In this document: positions 41,670 to 52,565 of the stretch, in pieces
Numbering within the stretch: the first letter of the stretch is position 1
Layout of the letters: every line of letters begins with the position of its first letter
NCBI GenBank assembly: GCA_963801605.1
Contig: CAWDFP010000006.1
Span: 576,001-640,000 of the forward strand
Direction of reading: 5' to 3'
DNA from: an uncultured candidate division Zixibacteria bacterium
GTDB lineage: Bacteria; Zixibacteria; MSB-5A5; UBA10806
Length of the DNA stretch: 64,000 bases
Translations under genes and position numbers: made by a program
Notes under the pieces: generated by a model
Told to the model about the DNA's origin: nothing
Databases searched by the model: none
Seen by the model: the letters and a program-made list of their open reading frames with translations, nothing else

Positions 41670-42575
41670 ATGTCTGGGCATATTTATAAACTCGAGGAAC
41701 TCTCGGCGCCGGCGGTAGGTAATCTTGATCGGAACAAGACGGCTTTCTTTGTTCCTATTTCCCCTCTTGAGGGTCATGGACCGCACCTTCCCGTGGGCTT
41801 AGATTTTTTCGACGCTAATTACTTTGCTCAAACTATGGGCTCAATACTACTTGCGAAACAAGCCGACTTTGATGCTGTTATTCTCCCCGGCATTCCTCTT
41901 GGCGCTCAAGTTTACCGGCAGCCGGGCTCAATCCGAACTGAGCCCCAGGCACTATATAAAGTAACGTATGGAATTGGAGAATCGCTGGCCTCCTGGGGTT
42001 TTCGTTATATCTTTCTACTTTCGGGGCACGGGTCGCCCCGCCATATTGTGGCTCTGGAATCGGCATCTATGAAGATCTCGCGTAAATACGGAGTTCAAAT
42101 GCATAGTCTCTCGGGGGCACTTGCGATCCGCTTTTTGCGAGGCGAGTTTGTAGAACGGATATCCGAAATGATGCCAACGCCACTCACCCTTGATGAAAAA
42201 GAGCTTCTCAAAGGCGATATCCATGGTGGCTGGTGGGAAACATCGATGATGTTGCTTTTAAGGCCCGATCTTGTCGGTGATTATAAAAGCCTTAAAACTA
42301 TTAACAGAGGCGAAAAAGACCCCAAAATAAGGCGAGGTTATTTCGGCTCGCCGGCTTTGGCCAGCCGGGAGTTTGCCGAGGCCTCACTAAAAGTAATGAC
42401 CGAAGAGGTCTCGGAGATAATTGCAAGGGTTATAGCCGGCAGGAACAAGCGCGAAGATACCGTTTCAGTTTTATACAAAATCCCGGCTCTTAGGCCCTAT
42501 TCGACTCTTAAAATCACTCTTTGGGCTATGGCTTTTATAATCCTGGCGCTATTGGCAATAATTATCCTCAGATAA
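41670..42575 (+). CDS. Creatininase/mycofactocin peptidase family protein with C-terminal TM helix
   Basis: EGHGPHLP..D, GHG, HGGWWETS. Confidence 0.85.
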   Translation: MSGHIYKLEELSAPAVGNLDRNKTAFFVPISPLEGHGPHLPVGLDFFDANYFAQTMGSILLAKQADFDAVILPGIPLGAQVYRQPGSIRTEPQALYKVTYGIGESLASWGFRYIFLLSGHGSPRHIVALESASMKISRKYGVQMHSLSGALAIRFLRGEFVERISEMMPTPLTLDEKELLKGDIHGGWWETSMMLLLRPDLVGDYKSLKTINRGEKDPKIRRGYFGSPALASREFAEASLKVMTEEVSEIIARVIAGRNKREDTVSVLYKIPALRPYSTLKITLWAMAFIILALLAIIILR

Positions 42576-42710
42576 CAAATACCGTATCGTCCGGCATTCA
42601 AACCTCAATAAATCATCTGCTACTCGCCTTAATCGCTTATAAATCATTGGATCAGGTTAAAGTCTTAATTTGATAGCCGATATATACTAAGGGAAACGAA
42701 AGGAATTTTG

Positions 42711-43280
42711 ATGCGGACACCAGCGGGACGAACGTCATCTGTAAAGGCGCTCAACAAGGTTTTCATTTTGCAAACGGAGTTTTTAATCAAGCCCCGCGCC
42801 AGCATAGTTACATCGGTAGCGCTCGACGGCCAGATCATTCATAAAGTTGTGCGCACCTATGATAGCGCTCTGGAGACTGAGGAGGATTTGAAGGTCGCCG
42901 AGGCGGCTGTTTTCGCTCAGCACCAGAATCTGGCGAAAAAAATGCAGACCAACGGCGCCGATTTTATCAAGCAAACCAGATCGATCAAAATTTCAACTGT
43001 CGATCGTCTGGCGCTAATCCCGGGTATCGCGGTTGTCTCAGATATTCAGGATAAGCTCGCCTCGCAAAACCCGCACGGAATTTACGTGCAAGCCAAATAT
43101 GTATCGGAAATCGCCGACGCCATCACTAATGCCACCAAAATGGGACCGATCAAGCTCGGCGCGATAATTGGCGAGCAAGGTAAATTTATTCTCAGCCGAG
43201 CAGATGGAAAAGATTTTTTATTGAGTTTAAAGCCGGATGCGGACATCGGGATAGTATTAAATGAGGCTTTGAAAGAATGA
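42711..43280 (+). CDS. Hypothetical protein, C-terminal half possibly roadblock-like
   Basis: 190-aa ORF with RBS, overlapping the next gene's start. Confidence 0.65.
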   Translation: MRTPAGRTSSVKALNKVFILQTEFLIKPRASIVTSVALDGQIIHKVVRTYDSALETEEDLKVAEAAVFAQHQNLAKKMQTNGADFIKQTRSIKISTVDRLALIPGIAVVSDIQDKLASQNPHGIYVQAKYVSEIADAITNATKMGPIKLGAIIGEQGKFILSRADGKDFLLSLKPDADIGIVLNEALKE

Positions 43281-44014
43281 ATAAAATACTTTCGAATATC
43301 AGAGCCGTGCCCGGCGTCTGGGGTACCCTGGCAATCGACAAGAAGCGCGCCCTTACCTATCAGCTTCTGCCATCGACTTACGACTCCGAAGTTGTCAAAC
43401 GAATTGCGCTTCCAGCCCTGAATCTGGGCCGCTTGCTTGAGAAAAATCTCTTAATCGATTTCTTCTTTGATAACGGTAAAGCCCGACTATATAACCGTCC
43501 CGAAGCGATCGTTTTCATCATGGGACGATACGATATGGATTTTGACCTGCTTGGCTCGATTTGTAAAGAGGCAGTGCCCGCTATCTGCCGACGATTTGCC
43601 CGCGCTAATCTTAATGATAATGGTCCCGGCATAGCCGACAACACAAGCGTCAGTTTCGAGTTTCTGCTTAAAGCCGTTAATATTTTAGCATCCAATGCTC
43701 AACAGAAAATCGGGGCATATCTCGTAACCAAGCATCTCCGAAATGCAAAGGATAAGATAGTCGGAAAATATCCTTTCCTTTCCAGTATCACGGTGGATAA
43801 TAACGGCGGAGCGTCTCTGATAAAAGGCAACGTTGCCTACAAAGGAGAAGATCTTCTTCAGGGGTTCGCCCATTGGGCAAACCTTTTCATTTCAAACTGT
43901 GCCACGTCGACCGACAAATTAAGTGCTGCCGATATCCTGGAGCTCACTATCGAGATCAAGGATAAACTCGAACTTACCGGATTCTACCAGCTTTACGCCG
44001 ATATTGGCCTCTAA
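43277..44014 (+). CDS. Hypothetical protein with N-terminal Roadblock/LC7-like domain
   Basis: MNKILSNIRAVPGVWGTLAID resembles roadblock N-termini. Confidence 0.6.
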   Translation: MNKILSNIRAVPGVWGTLAIDKKRALTYQLLPSTYDSEVVKRIALPALNLGRLLEKNLLIDFFFDNGKARLYNRPEAIVFIMGRYDMDFDLLGSICKEAVPAICRRFARANLNDNGPGIADNTSVSFEFLLKAVNILASNAQQKIGAYLVTKHLRNAKDKIVGKYPFLSSITVDNNGGASLIKGNVAYKGEDLLQGFAHWANLFISNCATSTDKLSAADILELTIEIKDKLELTGFYQLYADIGL

Positions 44015-44077
44015 TAATACCCAAGATTAATCATTCCCAATAGGCCATAGGAATCATTTCCGCTTGCCGGAGCCCCC

Positions 44078-44259
44078 GTCGCGGGTTCCGCCCGTCCCGA
44101 TTAAAAATCGGGACGCGGAAATCCGATTGGGGGTGGATCATGTGCCCGATTTATTCGGGGAGTTGCCATAATAATATGCCCCCGGATTCTTAAATGGCGG
44201 CCTGTCCCAATCGGATTTCCTATTTTCGGTCCAAAGGACCGAAAAGCGGAACCCGCGGC
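44078..44259. repeat. Structured REP-doublet-like element, copy 2
   Basis: GCGGGTTCCGC/GCGGAACCCGC outer stem, 15-bp inner stem GGAAATCCGATTGGG/CCCAATCGGATTTCC, two side hairpins. Confidence 0.8.
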
Positions 44260-44357
44260 CCGGGCGGTTCTCGCAAATGGGGACTACTTCGCTCTTGACT
44301 TTAGCCCGCGTCAAATCTATCTATCAGCGATAAATTATGGCTATGAACGGAGGATTT

Positions 44358-45666
44358 ATGAGAAAAACACTGGCCGCGTTGTTGATATGCCTGGCCAGCT
44401 GGTCGGTTGCCATCGCTGGCAAAACCACCATCTACACGCTCCCCAACGGGATGGAAGTCATTCTTAAGGAAAATCACGCTACACCGCTGGTATCCTCGGT
44501 GGTGGTAGTCAAGGCTGGAAGCAAGTACGAAAACGATCAGAACAATGGCTTTACGCATCTTTTGGAGCACATGCTTTTCAACGGCACCGAAACTCGTGAC
44601 CGCGTCCAACTCAATGAGGGCGTTCGCGATCATGGCGGCTATATCAACGCTTTCACTCAGCAAGCCTTAACTGGTTATCTGATTGTCGTTCCCAAGGAGT
44701 TTACTGATTATGGTCTCGATATCCAGTCTGATCAGCTTTTCCATTCAATTTTGCCCGAGGCCGAATTCCCTAAGGAGCGCGATATCGTGGCAGAGGAGAT
44801 TAAAAAGGACAACGACAATATTGAAAATGTGGCTCAGGATTTCTTTAATTCGGTAGTATTCTCCGGCACTCCCTACGCCAGGCCGGTTATCGGATATGAG
44901 ATCTACGATCAGGAATGTCTCTCGCGATGAAGTTATGAAATATTACAAAGAACACTATGTCCCCAATAACATGACAGTCCTGATTATCGGAGATTTTGAA
45001 ACGCCTCAAATGCAGGAGATGGTAACTAAATATTTCGGTTCCGTTCCCCGCGGCAATCCTCCGGAGCTGCCGGAGTTCAAAGTTGCTCCGCCATATAAGT
45101 CGGAAATTGTTACCAAAAAATATCCAACCAAAACAACTTATATTCAAATCTCATTTCCTGCTCCGCTTTTTAGCGATTCCGATTACTATGCTTTCGATGT
45201 CTTAACACAGATTCTCAACTCCGGGGATTCATCGCCCCTCAATAAGGCTCTCACCGATGGAGAAAAACCGCTGGCAACCGAGGTCTCAACATCGTTGGAA
45301 TTAGAAAAAGAAATTTCGCTTATCAATGTTTCGGTTAAAACCGATAAGCCGGAAAATGCCAAACCGATTCTCGACACTACTTTGAAAGTGCTCAAAGAAC
45401 TCACGTCGAGAAAATTTAATACCAAAGATGTCAGCCGAGTGGTTGTCCCCAATAAGGTTGATGAGATAAAGCTTGAGGAGAAGCTGCATTATTATGGTAT
45501 TATGAAAGCCCCCTACCTGGCCACCTGCGGATACAGTTTCCTTGAAAACTATATCGATAATCTGTCGAAAGTTAAGCCGGAGCAAGTTGGGGCGGTTGCA
45601 AAGAAATATTTTGATAATCCTCAATATGTAGCCTGTGCTTTGGTACCTGCAGCGGAGGTGGAGTAA
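44358..45666 (+). CDS. Secreted M16 zinc peptidase, catalytic subunit; frameshift near 44898
   Basis: Signal peptide, TLPNG, HLLEH (HxxEH), NAFT, YVPNNM. Confidence 0.88.
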
Positions 45667-47019
45667 TGAAAACGAAAATAATCGTCATCGGCCTGAGCCT
45701 GGCTATTCTGACAGGGTTCTTTTCATTGCGTACCCAGGCGCAGACCAGTGAGAAGTACGGTAAATTTATCCATGAAGTGCTTCCTAATGGTTTGGACCTT
45801 ATTATCAGCTACAATCCCGACAGCCGGGTGTTTGCGATAAATATTCTGGGCAAAAACAGATCGGCCAATGAACCACGGGGTAAAGACGGGATCACCGATT
45901 TTGTCAATCGCATGTTAACCCAGGGCGCCGATGGAATGAATGCCGAGGAGATTCAAAATAAACTCGACGATATTGGAGCCACTATCACTGCCAACGATAA
46001 CCCATACATACCTTATGACGACCGCTATACGACACGGGCTTATTCATTTATCAAATTTGAGACTATCGATGAGTATGCTAAACAGGGCACGGATCTTCTT
46101 TACCGTGTCGTAGCCAAGCCAACGTTTCCGGAAAGCGAAATAGCTCGTACTCAAAAAAAGGTGATGGGAATTATCGGAATGAGTTCCGGGTCTACCTATC
46201 AAACTTGCCGTGATCTGATGTACAAAACTCTTTTTGCGGGGCATCCTTTCGAAAAGACTGTGCTTGGTACGCCTGCTACAGTGGGTTCGCTAACAAAGGA
46301 TGATCTGGTCAGGTTATTGCAGGCATTTCTATGCTCCTAATAATATAATTATGGCGATAGCGACAAACATTGATCCCGATACTGTTAAAAATTGGATACA
46401 ATCGACATTCGGTAAGATGCCCAAAGACGATTCTCCTTATGCCGTAGTAGGCAGCCCGACCAAACCGAGCGGAGTTGATGAAGTCCATCAGGAGATGGAT
46501 AAGGAACAGATTTATATTTATATGGGAATGATTGTACCGGGGCTTAAATCACCGGATGCTCCCGCCATCAATATGGCAACCGCGATACTTTCCTCGCGTA
46601 TGGGTTTACAGCTTCGCGAAAAGCAAGGCCTGGCTTATTCGGTGGGCATGGATGTTGATTTTATGCCGGATTTCGGTTGGGCAGTAGCATCAATGGGTAC
46701 CGGATTTCAAAACTACGATCCTGCTGTTAGCGGTATGATAGGCCAGATAAACGCTTTGGTTACCAACGAACCCTCCGCCGAGGAACTGGCCAAAGCCCAA
46801 AACTCGACTTGGGGTTCGATGCTTCTTTCACGCGCGTCTCGCATCAATCAAGCTTTCTATATGTGCAGAAATGAGTTTCTGGGTGTTGGTTACGATTACG
46901 AGAACGATTATCTCGCCAAAATCAGACAGGTTACTCCATCCGATGTGAAACATGCCGTACACGATTATTTCGACGTATACGACATGATAATTGCCACTGC
47001 GGGCAAAAAGGCTAATTAG
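45666..47019 (+). CDS. Secreted M16 peptidase, non-catalytic subunit; frameshift near 46312
   Basis: VLPNG, no HxxEH, SSRM..QLREKQGLAYSV. Confidence 0.85.
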
Positions 47020-47056
47020 GAAAAACCTTTTCCAGATATATAGTTATGACGATATT

Positions 47057-47087
47057 AAAGGCTGCCTGGCGGGACTGGGCAGCCTTT
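47057..47087 (+). terminator. Probable terminator
   Basis: AAAGGCTGCCT/GGGCAGCCTTT hairpin. Confidence 0.55.
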
Positions 47088-47218
47088 ACCGCTTATACTC
47101 ATTATTTCAGAATGCTTGCCCGATAATCGGCCTTGAGTTAGCGAAATAATTATGGTATATATTTAGGGGGTTAATTACCATAAGTTGTATTCCTTACAAT
47201 GCCTACGGAGGAGGCTAT

Positions 47219-47608
47219 ATGCATAGAGCCTTGCAGGCGAGGTGCGGGTTATTTTGCGGCGAATGCAAAATCTATATTGCCTATTCAACTGATAATACTG
47301 CAACGCAACGCGAGATCGCCAAAAGTACAGGCAAGGTAAAGGGGCGAGCCATTACGCCTGATCAGGTCAAATGCCTTGGATGCAAAGGCTCAATGGCCTC
47401 GATCTGGCGAACCGGATGTACTATCCGCGCTTGTGCCGAGGAACGCGGGATGGAATTCTGTTACCAGTGTCGAAATTATATCTGCGATGACCTGCAAAAA
47501 TTCTTTGATACTCATCCCGAAGCCCGGGAAAACCTTCGATCCATTTCTAAAATAGGCCCCGACGCCTGGTTGCACAATATGCTAACCAAAGGCAAAAAAA
47601 GCGATTGA
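47219..47608 (+). CDS. DUF3795 Cys-rich protein
   Basis: CGLFCGEC, CLGC, C.IRAC, FCYQC..Y.C. Confidence 0.82.
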   Translation: MHRALQARCGLFCGECKIYIAYSTDNTATQREIAKSTGKVKGRAITPDQVKCLGCKGSMASIWRTGCTIRACAEERGMEFCYQCRNYICDDLQKFFDTHPEARENLRSISKIGPDAWLHNMLTKGKKSD

Positions 47609-47680
47609 GGGCCCTGACTATTCCTCGTTGCGGCTTTCAGTAAATAACTAATATTGATATTAATATTCAAAGGAGTTTGA

Positions 47681-48532
47681 ATGGACATAAAGAAAATAGG
47701 AGTATGCGGCTGCGGCCAGATGGGAGCCGGGATCGCCGAGGTCGCCGCTAAAGCGGGGGTGGAAGTTATCGCCCGCGAGATAAACGAGGATCTTTTGAAA
47801 AAAGGACTCGGTAGAATCGAAAAATCACTCGCCAAAGCCGTTGAAAAGGGAAAACTCGATGAGGCAACCAAGGGATCAATTCTCGGCAGGATCAAAGGAA
47901 CCACACATCTTGAGGACCTGGCCGATTGCGATCTCGTCTGTGAAGCTATTGTCGAGAATATGGATGAGAAGCTGAAAGTTTGGAGCGCCCTCGACCGAAT
48001 AGTAAAAAAGGACGCAATCTTTGCCTCCAACACTTCATCGCTCTCGATAACCGAAATGGCGGCCGCTACCAAGAGGACGAGCCAATTCTGCGGACTGCAT
48101 TTCTTCAATCCTGTTCCGGTTATGAAACTGGTGGAGCTTGTCAAAACCGTAGCCACGTCAGATGCCACTTACCAGGCTGCCCGCGGATTCGCCGAGAAGG
48201 TCGGCAAGACGGTTGTGACCTGCAAGGACCGTCCGGGTTTCGTGGTTAACGTGCTCCTGGTGCCTTATCTTCTTGATGCCATCCGCGCCTATCAGGATGA
48301 GGTTGCCACCAGAGAGGATATCGACAATGGCATGAAGCTCGGCTGTGGGCATCCCATGGGGCCGCTGGAGCTGACCGATTTTATCGGGCTCGATACCATT
48401 TATTATATTGCCGAAATTCTTTTTGACGAATTCAAAGACCACCATTACGCCGCTCCGCCGCTTCTTAAAACCATGGTTAAGGCCGGGTATCTGGGCAGGA
48501 AAAGCGGACGAGGGTTTTACGAATATAAGTAA
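47681..48532 (+). CDS. hbd: 3-hydroxybutyryl-CoA dehydrogenase
   Basis: GCGQMGAGIA, ASNTSS, GLHFFNP, HPMGPLEL.DFIGLD. Confidence 0.93.
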   Translation: MDIKKIGVCGCGQMGAGIAEVAAKAGVEVIAREINEDLLKKGLGRIEKSLAKAVEKGKLDEATKGSILGRIKGTTHLEDLADCDLVCEAIVENMDEKLKVWSALDRIVKKDAIFASNTSSLSITEMAAATKRTSQFCGLHFFNPVPVMKLVELVKTVATSDATYQAARGFAEKVGKTVVTCKDRPGFVVNVLLVPYLLDAIRAYQDEVATREDIDNGMKLGCGHPMGPLELTDFIGLDTIYYIAEILFDEFKDHHYAAPPLLKTMVKAGYLGRKSGRGFYEYK

Positions 48533-48543
48533 AGAGGAATATT

Positions 48544-49326
48544 ATGGATTATAAGAATATCAAATTTGAAAAGGATGGCGCCATCGCTATTGTTACCATC
48601 GACCGTCCCAAGGTTCTCAACGCTCTTAATCACGAAACAATCGCAGAGTTGCATGATTGTTTCGACAAGATTCCAGGCGACACTTCGATTCTTTGCGTGA
48701 TAGTAACCGGAGGAGGAGAAAAAGCGTTCGTGGCCGGCGCCGATATCGGCGAACTGGCGTTGCTCGATGCTATGGGCGGAAAGGCTCTTTGCGATCGGGG
48801 TCAAGCCTTGCTATCCAAAATTGAGAGACTTCCTCAACCAGTGATAGCCGCTGTTAATGGCTTTGCATTGGGCGGTGGATGCGAAATTGCGATGGCCTGC
48901 GATATCCGTTTGGCCAGTGAAAATGCCAAGCTTGGCCAACCCGAGGTCAATTTGGGAATTATCCCCGGTTACGGCGGCACTCAGCGTCTGCCGCGTCTGG
49001 TAGGACGAGGCAAGGCCAAGCAGATGATCTTAACCGGCGATTTGGTAAATGCCGCCGATGCCAAAACTATCGGCCTGGTCGATGAGGTTTATCCGGTGGC
49101 TGAGCTTATGAACAAGGCTAAAGAGATGGCCCAGAAGATAGCATCCAAGGGCCCATTGGCGGTTCGCGCCGCCAAAGAGGCGATAAATATCGGACTTGAT
49201 GTCGACTTGGAATCTGGCAGTAAGCATGAGGCGGCCCTCTTTGCCGCAATTTGCGCCACCGAGGATAAAAACGAGGGCACCAAGGCATTTTTGGAAAAAA
49301 GAAAAGCGGAATTCAAGGGGAAATAG
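48544..49326 (+). CDS. crt: Enoyl-CoA hydratase (crotonase)
   Basis: AFVAGADI, NGFALGGGCE, GQPEVNLGIIPGYGGTQRL. Confidence 0.93.
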   Translation: MDYKNIKFEKDGAIAIVTIDRPKVLNALNHETIAELHDCFDKIPGDTSILCVIVTGGGEKAFVAGADIGELALLDAMGGKALCDRGQALLSKIERLPQPVIAAVNGFALGGGCEIAMACDIRLASENAKLGQPEVNLGIIPGYGGTQRLPRLVGRGKAKQMILTGDLVNAADAKTIGLVDEVYPVAELMNKAKEMAQKIASKGPLAVRAAKEAINIGLDVDLESGSKHEAALFAAICATEDKNEGTKAFLEKRKAEFKGK

Positions 49327-49426
49327 GACGGGTTGTGGCACAAACTCTGTATTGATCAGTATATAATACCGAGTGGGGAAAATAGGCTTTCCACGATTTG
49401 CATGGATGTAATGAGAGGGAGAGAAC

Positions 49427-49660
49427 ATGCAAGATTTTTCGGGTCACGATCGCGCTATAAATCCCCTTGCTTTAGGCGCAGCCTATCTGGATTACTGCGT
49501 CAAGCAGGGATGGCTTGACAAAATTGGCGAGGGAGATACCGCGCAATACAGCCTTACGCCTAAAGGTGAGAAAAAACTGGCCAATGTCCCCTTTAATTTT
49601 GACCTTTCAAAGCTAGCCAAATCGGGCGAAAAGAAAAAGAGGCATCATAGAGCCAGATAA
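49427..49660 (+). CDS. Small hypothetical protein, possibly a winged-helix fragment
   Basis: RBS GAGGGAG; QGWL......YSLTPKG; followed by a terminator. Confidence 0.55.
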   Translation: MQDFSGHDRAINPLALGAAYLDYCVKQGWLDKIGEGDTAQYSLTPKGEKKLANVPFNFDLSKLAKSGEKKKRHHRAR

Positions 49661-49674
49661 GATTTTTGATAGTG

Positions 49675-49710
49675 GAAGAGGTTCTGATGAGATTCAGAGC
49701 CTCTTTTTTT
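49675..49710 (+). terminator. Intrinsic terminator
   Basis: AAGAGGTTCTGA/TCAGAGCCTCTT followed by a T run. Confidence 0.7.
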
Positions 49711-49747
49711 ATAACTTAGATACTCAAATATGATATAATATTATTCT

Positions 49748-50749
49748 ATGAGAGTTGCGGTCACAGGCGCCGGGGGATTTTTGGGCAAGGCTTTAATAAA
49801 AAGCCTTGGTGAATCAGGACACGAACCACTGGCACTGGTTAAAACCGATGAGGCGGTTGCTCAATTTCGCAGCAATAGCGTTAATGCTCTCCTCTGCGAT
49901 CTTTCCCTGAGCGAAAGCTATATCGAGATATTCCGAGACTGCGATGCTATCGTACACTGTGCCGCCCTGACCCGTGAATTTGGCCGCTGGGACGATTTCC
50001 GCAAGATCAATATCGAAACCACCCGCAATGTTATGCAGGCCGCCCTCCAGGCCGGGACGAAGCGGATTATTCATATTTCAACTACCGCTGTTTACGGCAA
50101 TGAACGCAACCATTACGGAACAGATGAAGATGAGATATTTGGTCAGCGTGTTGTCGATCCCTACTCCAGATCGAAAATAACCGCCGATCAGATCGTGTTG
50201 GATCTTATTAAGGAAAAAAACCTGCCTGCGAGCGTGCTGCGTTTCGGTAATATTTGGGGACCCGGCGATCAGAACATCCTGCCCTTTGTAGTCAATGGGC
50301 TTAAGAAGAAACGGCTCATGATCGAAGGCGGGGGCGATAATGTTCTCTCGCTTACCTTCATAGATAACGCCGTGACGGCGATTCTCTTGACGCTGGAAAA
50401 CATTGAAGCTAAAGGCCGGATTTATAATATTACCGACGGCATCAAAGTAACATCGAAAAAATTTATCGATGATATCATCTCGATCCTGGGGATAAAATAC
50501 AAGCTTCGGAATATTCCCTATCCTCTGATATATTCGATGGCATATTTTTTTGAACAGTATTATCTATTTTCGCGACGGACATCCAAGCCGCCATTAACGC
50601 GTTTCGGCGCGCGCATTCTAAAATACCATGCCATATTCGATATTTCGCGCGCTATAACCGAGCTGCGTTATCATCCCAAGGTAACCTACAAGGAAGCTTT
50701 GGCGATCTCCACGCCCTATATCCGCTCGCTTTATTACGGGCAAAAGTAA
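49748..50749 (+). CDS. NAD-dependent epimerase/dehydratase (extended SDR)
   Basis: TGAGGFLG, HCAA, YSRSK. Confidence 0.9.
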   Translation: MRVAVTGAGGFLGKALIKSLGESGHEPLALVKTDEAVAQFRSNSVNALLCDLSLSESYIEIFRDCDAIVHCAALTREFGRWDDFRKINIETTRNVMQAALQAGTKRIIHISTTAVYGNERNHYGTDEDEIFGQRVVDPYSRSKITADQIVLDLIKEKNLPASVLRFGNIWGPGDQNILPFVVNGLKKKRLMIEGGGDNVLSLTFIDNAVTAILLTLENIEAKGRIYNITDGIKVTSKKFIDDIISILGIKYKLRNIPYPLIYSMAYFFEQYYLFSRRTSKPPLTRFGARILKYHAIFDISRAITELRYHPKVTYKEALAISTPYIRSLYYGQK

Positions 50750-50892
50750 AATGTGCTTATAGTTAAGCTCTTGTTGATTTAAATTGGCGGGCAAGCCCTA
50801 TTTTCACCCTTATGGTTTATAAATTAATTTAGCATAGAAACGCCTTTAAGCATCTGTTGCGGGCTAAATTACTGACTATTATATTTGCACTT

Positions 50893-51810
50893 ATGAGGGA
50901 TTATTCTCGTCAACTAAAGATTGCGCTATTAGAGGAACGAGTGCCCGCGGCGTTAACGCTGCTGGATGACTGTGCAATTTGCCCCCGCGAGTGTCATGTC
51001 AACCGCAATGCCGGGAGCCTCAAGGGTATCTGTGGCGTCGATGCCCGACTGAAGGTATCGTCGGCCAACCTTCATTTTGGCGAGGAACCGCCAATCTCCG
51101 GGATGCGCGGTTCAGGGACAATCTTTCTTTCCGGCTGTAACCTAAAATGTGTCTACTGCCAGAACTATCCGATCAGCCAGTATCGCAACGGAGAAATAAC
51201 GTCTTTCGATGATGTTGCAAAGATGATGCTCGATTTGGAAAAGCGCGGCGCGCATAATATTAATTTCGTGACACCATCGCATTACGTACCAGAGCTTATG
51301 GCGGTTATGCTCATGGCCTGTAAAGCGGGCCTCTCCATTCCGATAGTCTATAATTCGTCTGGCTACGATAAAGTGGAAACACTGCAACTTCTCGACGGAA
51401 TAGTTGAAATCTATATGCCCGATATGCGCTACTCGCAACCTGAGATGGCGCGCTGTTATTCGGCGGCTCAAAACTACCCTGAATCTAACCGCGCTGCAAT
51501 AAAGGAAATGTATCGTCAGGTGGGGGATTTGGAAATTGACGATGAAGGGATAGCTGTTCAAGGCCTCCTGGTGCGTCATCTGGTTTTGCCCGAAAATATC
51601 GCCGGCTCGGAGGAGATTTTTCGATTTCTGGCCAATGAAATTTCGCCCGACACATTCGTATCGCTAATGAGCCAGTATTTCCCGGCCCACAAAGCAGTTT
51701 CAATGGAGAAGGTCAATCGGAGGATACTACCGCAGGAATATCAGAAAGCTTTGGACGTATTCGAGCGCGCGGGTCTGGGCAATGGTTTTATCCAACCATT
51801 CGACGGCTGA
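50893..51810 (+). CDS. Radical SAM protein, PflX-like
   Basis: CPRECHVNR, HFGEEPPISG..GSGTIF, CNLKCVYCQN, RHLVLP. Confidence 0.9.
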   Translation: MRDYSRQLKIALLEERVPAALTLLDDCAICPRECHVNRNAGSLKGICGVDARLKVSSANLHFGEEPPISGMRGSGTIFLSGCNLKCVYCQNYPISQYRNGEITSFDDVAKMMLDLEKRGAHNINFVTPSHYVPELMAVMLMACKAGLSIPIVYNSSGYDKVETLQLLDGIVEIYMPDMRYSQPEMARCYSAAQNYPESNRAAIKEMYRQVGDLEIDDEGIAVQGLLVRHLVLPENIAGSEEIFRFLANEISPDTFVSLMSQYFPAHKAVSMEKVNRRILPQEYQKALDVFERAGLGNGFIQPFDG

Positions 51811-52302
51811 TTAAAACTCTATCCTCAAATTCGAGGCTGGTTCCTTCTCGATAAATTCCCGTTCGATGATATCTATAGATCCGCTCTGCTGTGAAAAGCT
51901 AAAGTATCTTTTAGCCTCTGTAGCGCTTACCCATTTATACTCTGAATGTTCGGATGATAAAACTACTCTGGAATCGTAGGAAATTTCGGCCGTAAAAACC
52001 GGCACGATATGAATGCAATTGTGTTGGTTATCATAGAATATTTCAACGATATCAGCCGAGTAGAATGATTTGGGATTACAGCCGGTTTCCTCGATAATCT
52101 CGCGCCAGGCCGCGGCCGCCCCATTTTCGCCCTCCTCAACCTTGCCGGCGACCTGCTGCCAGAGACCATGCATGTAACTGCTTTTGCGCTTCAACACGAG
52201 AAATTGAGCACCCTCGGTGTTTCTTCTAAATAAATAGGCGCAAACATAGGATGTTCGTATGGGAATAGATCCGGGTGATGGTTTGCTTTTATCTTCAGGC
52301 AT
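51811..52302 (-). CDS. NUDIX hydrolase (NudB-like)
   Basis: WQQVAGKVEEGE...AAWREIIEETG, EHSEYKW. Confidence 0.88.
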   Translation of the reverse strand: MPEDKSKPSPGSIPIRTSYVCAYLFRRNTEGAQFLVLKRKSSYMHGLWQQVAGKVEEGENGAAAAWREIIEETGCNPKSFYSADIVEIFYDNQHNCIHIVPVFTAEISYDSRVVLSSEHSEYKWVSATEAKRYFSFSQQSGSIDIIEREFIEKEPASNLRIEF

Positions 52303-52565
52303 GGTCGAATTCCTTTTCGAAATTGGTCAAAGGTGTTTTGGGTCCAATTATATAATTCTATAGAATTTACACTTTCCCGGCAAGCCTTATTTCGAAGCAT
52401 GTTAATAGACATATTATATTATGTATATATTTGCCGGAGATCTCAAGTGAACTCAAAGCGAACTTGACTTAAGCCGTCAAGAGTTCTATCATGTTTTCAG
52501 GGAATATGATATTTGTCAGCCTTTTTAGAAAATCAGATGTACTAATAAGCGGTTAAGAGAATATT

